A DNA stretch of 64,000 nt from Nymphaea colorata (lineage: Eukaryota): positions 23,436,001-23,500,000 of the forward strand of contig NC_045138.2 in assembly GCF_008831285.2 (NCBI RefSeq). The letters are read 5' to 3'. The notes below the pieces were generated by a model. That model was not told where the DNA came from, did no database searches, and saw only the letters and a program-made list of their open reading frames with translations. The stretch's first letter is position 1. Each line of letters opens with the position of its first letter. Shown here piece after piece: positions 62,701-64,000 of this stretch. The translations under genes were made by a program, and so were the position numbers.

Positions 62701-64000
62701 TAAACTTGTCATGCATAAGATTCCCATCACGGTTGATCTATTCGTCTTGCCAATTGGAGGAGTAGACATCGTCTTGGGTGTGCAATGGATGAGGACACTA
62801 GGCCATATCACTTGGGATTTTAAGGAAATGACTATGTCATTTCCAAAGGAGGGTGGTGAAGGGCAAGAGACATTGACAGTCATTCAGACACATGTAGAAT
62901 CTAAAGTGGCCATGAAAGCATTGACAGCACAACAGTCGGCTATGTGGCTAGTTATTATGGTAAAGGATGTCATTCCCACGGTTGAGAGCAGTGAGAATAC
63001 AATAAATGTTAGACCAGTTTTCGGAGGGTTTTTGAGGAACCTAAGGGCTTGCCTCCTACGAGATCTCATGATCATCACATAACACTTACCAAAGGGGCTG
63101 AAGCGGTTAGTGTTCGGCCGTATAGATATGCTCATTGCCAAAAAGCTGAAATCGAGAGTTTAGTGAAAGAAATGTTCGAAAGTGGAGTAATAAGGCCAAG
63201 TAACAGTCATTTCTCCTCACCGGTGTTGCTTGTGAAGAAAAAAGAAGAGACTTGGAGATTTTGTGTTGACTATCGTGCTCTAATTGATGTCACTGTGAAA
63301 GACAAACACCCAATACCAGTGATAGATGAACTTCTCGATGAGTTGACTGGGGCTACAAAATTCTAAAAAATGGATTTAACGGTTGGTTATCATCAAATCC
63401 ATATGGAGGAGATGGATATACCAAAAACAGCTTTTCACACACATGACGGACACTATGAATTCTTGGTAATGCCTTTTGGCCTTACAAATGCACCAGCCAC
63501 CTTCCAACAGTGCATGAACGACTTGTTTAGAGCCTACTTGAGGGAGTATGTACTTGTGTTTTTTGATGAAATTTTGGTCTACATCCTGAGCTTAGAACAG
63601 CACATGAGACACTTAAAAACAGTCTTACAAATCCTAAAGGACAATCAGCTCTATGAAAAAATGTCGAAGTTCATATTTGGCCTAACTTCAGTGGGATATC
63701 TTAGACACATAGTATCAAATGAAGGGGTTAGAGCTGAACTGGATAAGCTTGCAGTAGTTGAGAAATGGCCTAAACCGAAGGATGCAAAGGGCCTACGAGG
63801 TTTCCTTGGCCTCACGGGCTACTATCGGCATTTTATACATGCTTATGGGTCCATAGCTGCACCCCTAACACATATGGTCAAGAAGGGGCCGTTTATATGG
63901 ACTGAAAAATCAGTTGAGACATTCTGTAAACTCAAGCATGCATTGATTACTGCACTCATCTTGGCGTTGCCTAACTTTGAGAAAGATTTTACTATTGAGA
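59746..64000 (+). mobile_element. Degenerate Ty3/Gypsy (chromovirus-like pol) running off the window end
   Basis: Putative LTR with TATATAAA at about 60265 and PBS-like TGGCGCC at 60365. Gag (YAMLHFEGEALEWYQW; KGLCYHCDAKWFKRHKC), protease ([11 protein letters not shown]), RT ([49 protein letters not shown] with mutated catalytic DD) and LRGFLGLTGYYR. In-frame stops are present. Confidence 0.9.

Overview
This is plant (angiosperm) nuclear DNA rich in transposable elements, with three intact host genes. (1) A 12-exon ZIP-family zinc transporter, ZTP29-like (+, 1458-25187, 276 aa). Its introns are swollen to about 23 kb by Copia, Gypsy, TRIM, hAT-MITE and endogenous pararetrovirus insertions. 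(2) A Tim17/22-family OEP16-3/B14.7-like gene with two coding exons (-, 28126-33966, 160 aa). (3) An intronless PLS-DYW PPR RNA-editing factor resembling MEF1 (+, 56459-58360, 633 aa). The remainder is decayed LINE, Copia and Gypsy sequence, including one Gypsy nested antisense in the 3' LTR of a relative, several non-autonomous hAT/Harbinger elements (most hATs with readable target-site duplications), and microsatellites. The most unusual item is a rearranged endogenous Caulimoviridae fragment (about 22660-24045) in the last ZTP29 intron. There a badnavirus-like movement-protein ORF starts only about 70 nt after the tRNA-Met primer site, with no room for the small ORF1/ORF2 of true badnaviruses. 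All homology calls come from remembered motifs, not database searches.
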